A model generated the notes under the pieces. It had not been told where the DNA came from, did not search any database, and saw only the letters and a list, made by a program, of their open reading frames with translations. From Geopsychrobacteraceae bacterium (lineage in GTDB: Bacteria > Desulfobacterota > Desulfuromonadia > Desulfuromonadales > Geopsychrobacteraceae), in the NCBI GenBank assembly GCA_963662315.1, contig OY759353.1:928001-992000 (forward strand): 64,000 bases of DNA. Direction: 5' to 3'. Of this stretch, positions 60,747 to 64,000 are shown one piece after another (the stretch's first letter is position 1; every line of letters begins with the position of its first letter). The translations under genes were made by a program, and so were the position numbers.

Positions 60747-61949
60747 TTATCCAGCAACCGGCTGCGGAACATTTTTATTGGTTTTTAACTTCATTACCAA
60801 CCAGCCGATGGGGAGCATAGCCAAGACAATGAGTTGGCCAACCAGAGTTTCAAAGGTCGGAAAGATACCCAGCCAGGTAATCATTGGCAGGCCATCTATA
60901 CGGTTAGTTGGAACCAGCCCACTGACCTGCAATTCCATAATTCCCTGGCCGACAAAGACAAAGGCCATGCCATACAACAACACGGCAGTGGCGGCAAAAA
61001 ACATCCCGTAAGGCAAACGCACAGACAGCAAACGCACCAGCAGATAGATAATGAGCAGGCCTCCAGCAGCGCCAGCCATGCCAACCCAGATGGCCTGGTA
61101 ATTGGCCGTCGCACCACCCATTAAAGCCTGGTAAAAGAGAATGGTCTCTGCCCCTTCACGAAAGACCGCCAAAAAGGCGATAAATCCAAGGGTCAGTAAG
61201 CTCCCCTTGCTTAAAGCGTTATCCATTTGATCCTGAATAAAAGCCTGCCAGCGATCGGCACTGCGTTTGGCCGTCAACCAGTAACTGACATAGACCAGCA
61301 CCACAGCCGCCAGTATCATGGTTCCCCCTTCCAGGGCCTCCTGACTGGCTCCGCTGGTACTGATCAACACGCCAAGCAGCCAGGCCATGCCAACACTTGC
61401 TACCAAAGCCAGACCAACGCCATACCAGATGACCTTGATCTTGTCGGGAAAACCGGAACGGCGTAAATACGCCACCAGGGCCGCAACAACCAGCATCGCC
61501 TCCATCCCTTCACGGAAAAGGATGAAGAAACTCTGCACAACCTGACCCCAGAGCCCGCTGCCATCGCTGTTAGAATAATGTTCAACGGCGTAGTCGAGAT
61601 TCTTCTTTAACTCAACCCAGGATTTTTCAATATCCTCTTTAGGCGCACCGCGCATGGCCTGGCTGGTAATATTGCTGAAGCCGGATTCGATCTCGAGCAT
61701 GAATGCGTTATCTTTCAACCCCAGGGTAAATTCCATCCCGGCCGTTTCAAACACATCGAAGTACAAACGGGAAAACTCATTACCAACCATGACTCCGTTA
61801 GCCGGATCATAATTAGCCACAGCAACTTCCGCCCGGGCGGTAATTGCATCCACCACCGGGCCATAATCTTCAGTCACCTGCTGAACAGCCACGGCCGAAC
61901 CCGCCAGGCACAGCAGCCATATCATCATAAATAGAATCAGCTTTTTCAT
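60747..61949 (-). CDS. FTR1-family iron permease with N-terminal periplasmic domain
   Basis: Two REGxE motifs (REGME, REGAE), QEALEG, signal peptide, FDVFETAGME helical domain. Confidence 0.92.
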   Translation of the reverse strand: MKKLILFMMIWLLCLAGSAVAVQQVTEDYGPVVDAITARAEVAVANYDPANGVMVGNEFSRLYFDVFETAGMEFTLGLKDNAFMLEIESGFSNITSQAMRGAPKEDIEKSWVELKKNLDYAVEHYSNSDGSGLWGQVVQSFFILFREGMEAMLVVAALVAYLRRSGFPDKIKVIWYGVGLALVASVGMAWLLGVLISTSGASQEALEGGTMILAAVVLVYVSYWLTAKRSADRWQAFIQDQMDNALSKGSLLTLGFIAFLAVFREGAETILFYQALMGGATANYQAIWVGMAGAAGGLLIIYLLVRLLSVRLPYGMFFAATAVLLYGMAFVFVGQGIMELQVSGLVPTNRIDGLPMITWLGIFPTFETLVGQLIVLAMLPIGWLVMKLKTNKNVPQPVAG

Positions 61950-61958
61950 AAGACATCC

Positions 61959-64000
61959 TTACGTCATGGAAATAAAACGTTCGACCTGGCGCTTGAACAA
62001 TGGAGCCGTAGCACCACCAGGATCAGGCGCATAGCGCAGAGCAATATAACGCTCAATAATATCGGCGCTGGCAGTCGCCAATTCCGGTTTTCCAACCTGA
62101 ATACGCTGCAGAAAGTCGCGCGGGCATTCGTAGCTATGGCGGCTCAGCCCAAATTTTTCCAGACGCTTACAGAAACGCTGCCAGCTGATAGCCACCGGAT
62201 CACGTTGACGCCGTTGCCGGAGCCAGCCGACAAAAAGATAAAAAGCTCCCATAGCACCGACACCACTGGCCGCTGACAACAGCAGGTCGACCCAGTTGCC
62301 ATTTTTCATTCCGGCACCTTTAAGCAGTTTCATCTGGCGATCGGGATCATAGTTAATGACCCATTTCTGCAGATCCGCAAACAGGTTAAGAAGGTTAGGC
62401 AATTTATTTTCTGAAGACTCCTGCTGTTGCGGTTCAGGATCTTTCTGCTCAACTTTATCCTCTTCCTGCTTGCTGATATTACTAGCTGCCGCCTGCTGGT
62501 CTTCCTGTTTCATAGCGACTCTTTGCTGCGGCTGATTCTGAGCGGCATTCTTCTTGTTAATCGCCTGCGCCTTTTCCGGAGTAACGACTATGTCCTTTGC
62601 CTCAACCCGATGCCAGCCCTTGTCACTGTCCCAGGCTTCAACCCAATTGTGAGCATCTCCTTGCTTGACAATGACAAAGTTGGTTAAAGCGATAATCGTT
62701 CCACCCCGGTATCCACTGACCAGGCGCGCAGGCACACCAGAAGCACGCAAGGCCATGGTCACACTACCAGCGAGATATTCACTGCCGCCCTTTCTCTCAT
62801 CAAAAAAGTAACGGTCGAGAGCATCATCACCAGGACTGACGGCATGGGTCGGATCAAAAACATAGTCACCGGTACGTAATATGGTCATCAGCTCAAGAAT
62901 GATCTCATCGGCTGATAAACCTTTAGCGGCCAGAGACTCACCCAATTGCCGCAACCGCGGATTAGTCCCCTCCGGCCAGGAAAGAGCGCGTTCGCGCATC
63001 TCTGTTTTCAGTTTTTTACCAGCCTGATAGTCAAGGAAAGAGAACAGTTCGTATTTTGGCTCACCACTATTCAGTTTACGGATATTGAGCAGCTGAAAAT
63101 CCTCAGAGATAAAGGTCTCCGGTGCCGGAGCTCCGGGGAAATCGAGGGCATACATCCAACGCCCACCATTGGGCATCACCCGGGCAGTGTAACGAACCGG
63201 GTTACTCCGTTCATGCAACACCTGATCATGATGCAGCTTATTGCGAATTTTATGTCGCAGCAGATAATCACGGTCATCCCAATTATCGGGCAGGGTCCAG
63301 TTTTCGCCGTCATATTCGTAAAAGACCGGGCCACGCCAATAAAGTTGACTCTTAAATGGTGGCGGCCCTTCAAATTCAGCGACCAGAACGTTGCCATTTT
63401 GCTGGGTATTACGCCGAAAACCACGTGGCGACAACGAGGTACTTTTGCCAAAGTCACCGTCCCCCTTTTCCAGCATAATCTTGACCGGTAAGCCAAAGGC
63501 GATACCTAAATCCCACAATGGTCCGGGAATACGCGGAAAAGTAACAAACAGCAGCAGCATCAGCGGAAAAGCCAGCACAAACAGCTGAATACCGCGCCGT
63601 AGCATAAAGGGTGAAACGCTGCCACCTTCACTGTGCAAAGCCACCAGGGATAGGGTTAAGAACAGGATGACCACCAGCACATGCAGCATATTGAGAAGAT
63701 TTTCCCAATACAAAGTACCGATGGCTGCCATGATAACCGCAGCAAAAATAAGCAGCAGATAATCGCGCCGGGTCTTTGACTCAGACCACTTCAGCGCCAC
63801 CACAACAATAAAAAAACTGAGCACGGCATCGCCACTGAACCAGCTGTGAAAACTGGTTAACACCCCGGCGACAGCGGCAACCAGGAACACAGCATTAATA
63901 CCTTTGGCGACCCACTGGTTATAATAGTTACGGCTGAAATGCAGTCCCCCGCCAATCAAGGCCAGAGCCGCAACCCATAAGGGCAAACGCAGCAAACTTG
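61959..64000 (-). CDS. TgpA-like DUF3488/transglutaminase-like membrane protein (5'-truncated), catalytic Cys apparently Ser
   Basis: LKWSE.KTRRD, FPRIPGPLW, LYWRG, GGSEYLAG, GVPARLVSGYRGG, AHNWVE; frame open to the window edge. Confidence 0.88.
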   Translation of the reverse strand, partial: SLLRLPLWVAALALIGGGLHFSRNYYNQWVAKGINAVFLVAAVAGVLTSFHSWFSGDAVLSFFIVVVALKWSESKTRRDYLLLIFAAVIMAAIGTLYWENLLNMLHVLVVILFLTLSLVALHSEGGSVSPFMLRRGIQLFVLAFPLMLLLFVTFPRIPGPLWDLGIAFGLPVKIMLEKGDGDFGKSTSLSPRGFRRNTQQNGNVLVAEFEGPPPFKSQLYWRGPVFYEYDGENWTLPDNWDDRDYLLRHKIRNKLHHDQVLHERSNPVRYTARVMPNGGRWMYALDFPGAPAPETFISEDFQLLNIRKLNSGEPKYELFSFLDYQAGKKLKTEMRERALSWPEGTNPRLRQLGESLAAKGLSADEIILELMTILRTGDYVFDPTHAVSPGDDALDRYFFDERKGGSEYLAGSVTMALRASGVPARLVSGYRGGTIIALTNFVIVKQGDAHNWVEAWDSDKGWHRVEAKDIVVTPEKAQAINKKNAAQNQPQQRVAMKQEDQQAAASNISKQEEDKVEQKDPEPQQQESSENKLPNLLNLFADLQKWVINYDPDRQMKLLKGAGMKNGNWVDLLLSAASGVGAMGAFYLFVGWLRQRRQRDPVAISWQRFCKRLEKFGLSRHSYECPRDFLQRIQVGKPELATASADIIERYIALRYAPDPGGATAPLFKRQVERFISMT

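Overview
Chromosomal window from a bacterium, most likely Desulfuromonadales/Desulfobacterota (inferred from the PxxKW protein, HDOD-GGDEF proteins and Geobacter/Thermotoga-style modular MetH). 1-10.5 kb: a TonB receptor-YfiR-hybrid kinase-REC/GGDEF/EAL cassette plus two tandem HDOD-GGDEF cyclases. 10.6-40.7 kb: mostly housekeeping and envelope genes (MCE/Mla ABC transporter, CPA2 antiporter, lpxH, M16 peptidase pair, pfkA, LonC-like protease, SOD, patatin, purB, fadE-fadI-fadJ-fadD). 40.8-45.6 kb: a mosaic with an unannotated 57-aa ORF, an rsgA-type GTPase behind a 19-aa leader peptide, a decayed group IIC intron end, a PPi-type phosphofructokinase, an ABM pseudogene and an IS5-type transposase relic. 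45.6-55.8 kb: tandem NrdR boxes and a cobalamin riboswitch precede a split class III RNR (NrdD whose glycyl-radical loop sits on a separate 56-aa ORF missed by the ORF track), nrdG and a three-gene methionine synthase with two complementary paralogs, then a Zur-box COG0523 chaperone. 55.9-64 kb (minus strand): a candidate undescribed iron-acquisition operon (Cys-to-Ser transglutaminase-like protein, FTR1 permease, GspG-like protein, membrane protein, imelysin, di-haem DHOR protein, VKOR/thioredoxin-like protein). I saw no rRNA, tRNA or CRISPR array. All calls come from motif recognition by eye; no searches were run.
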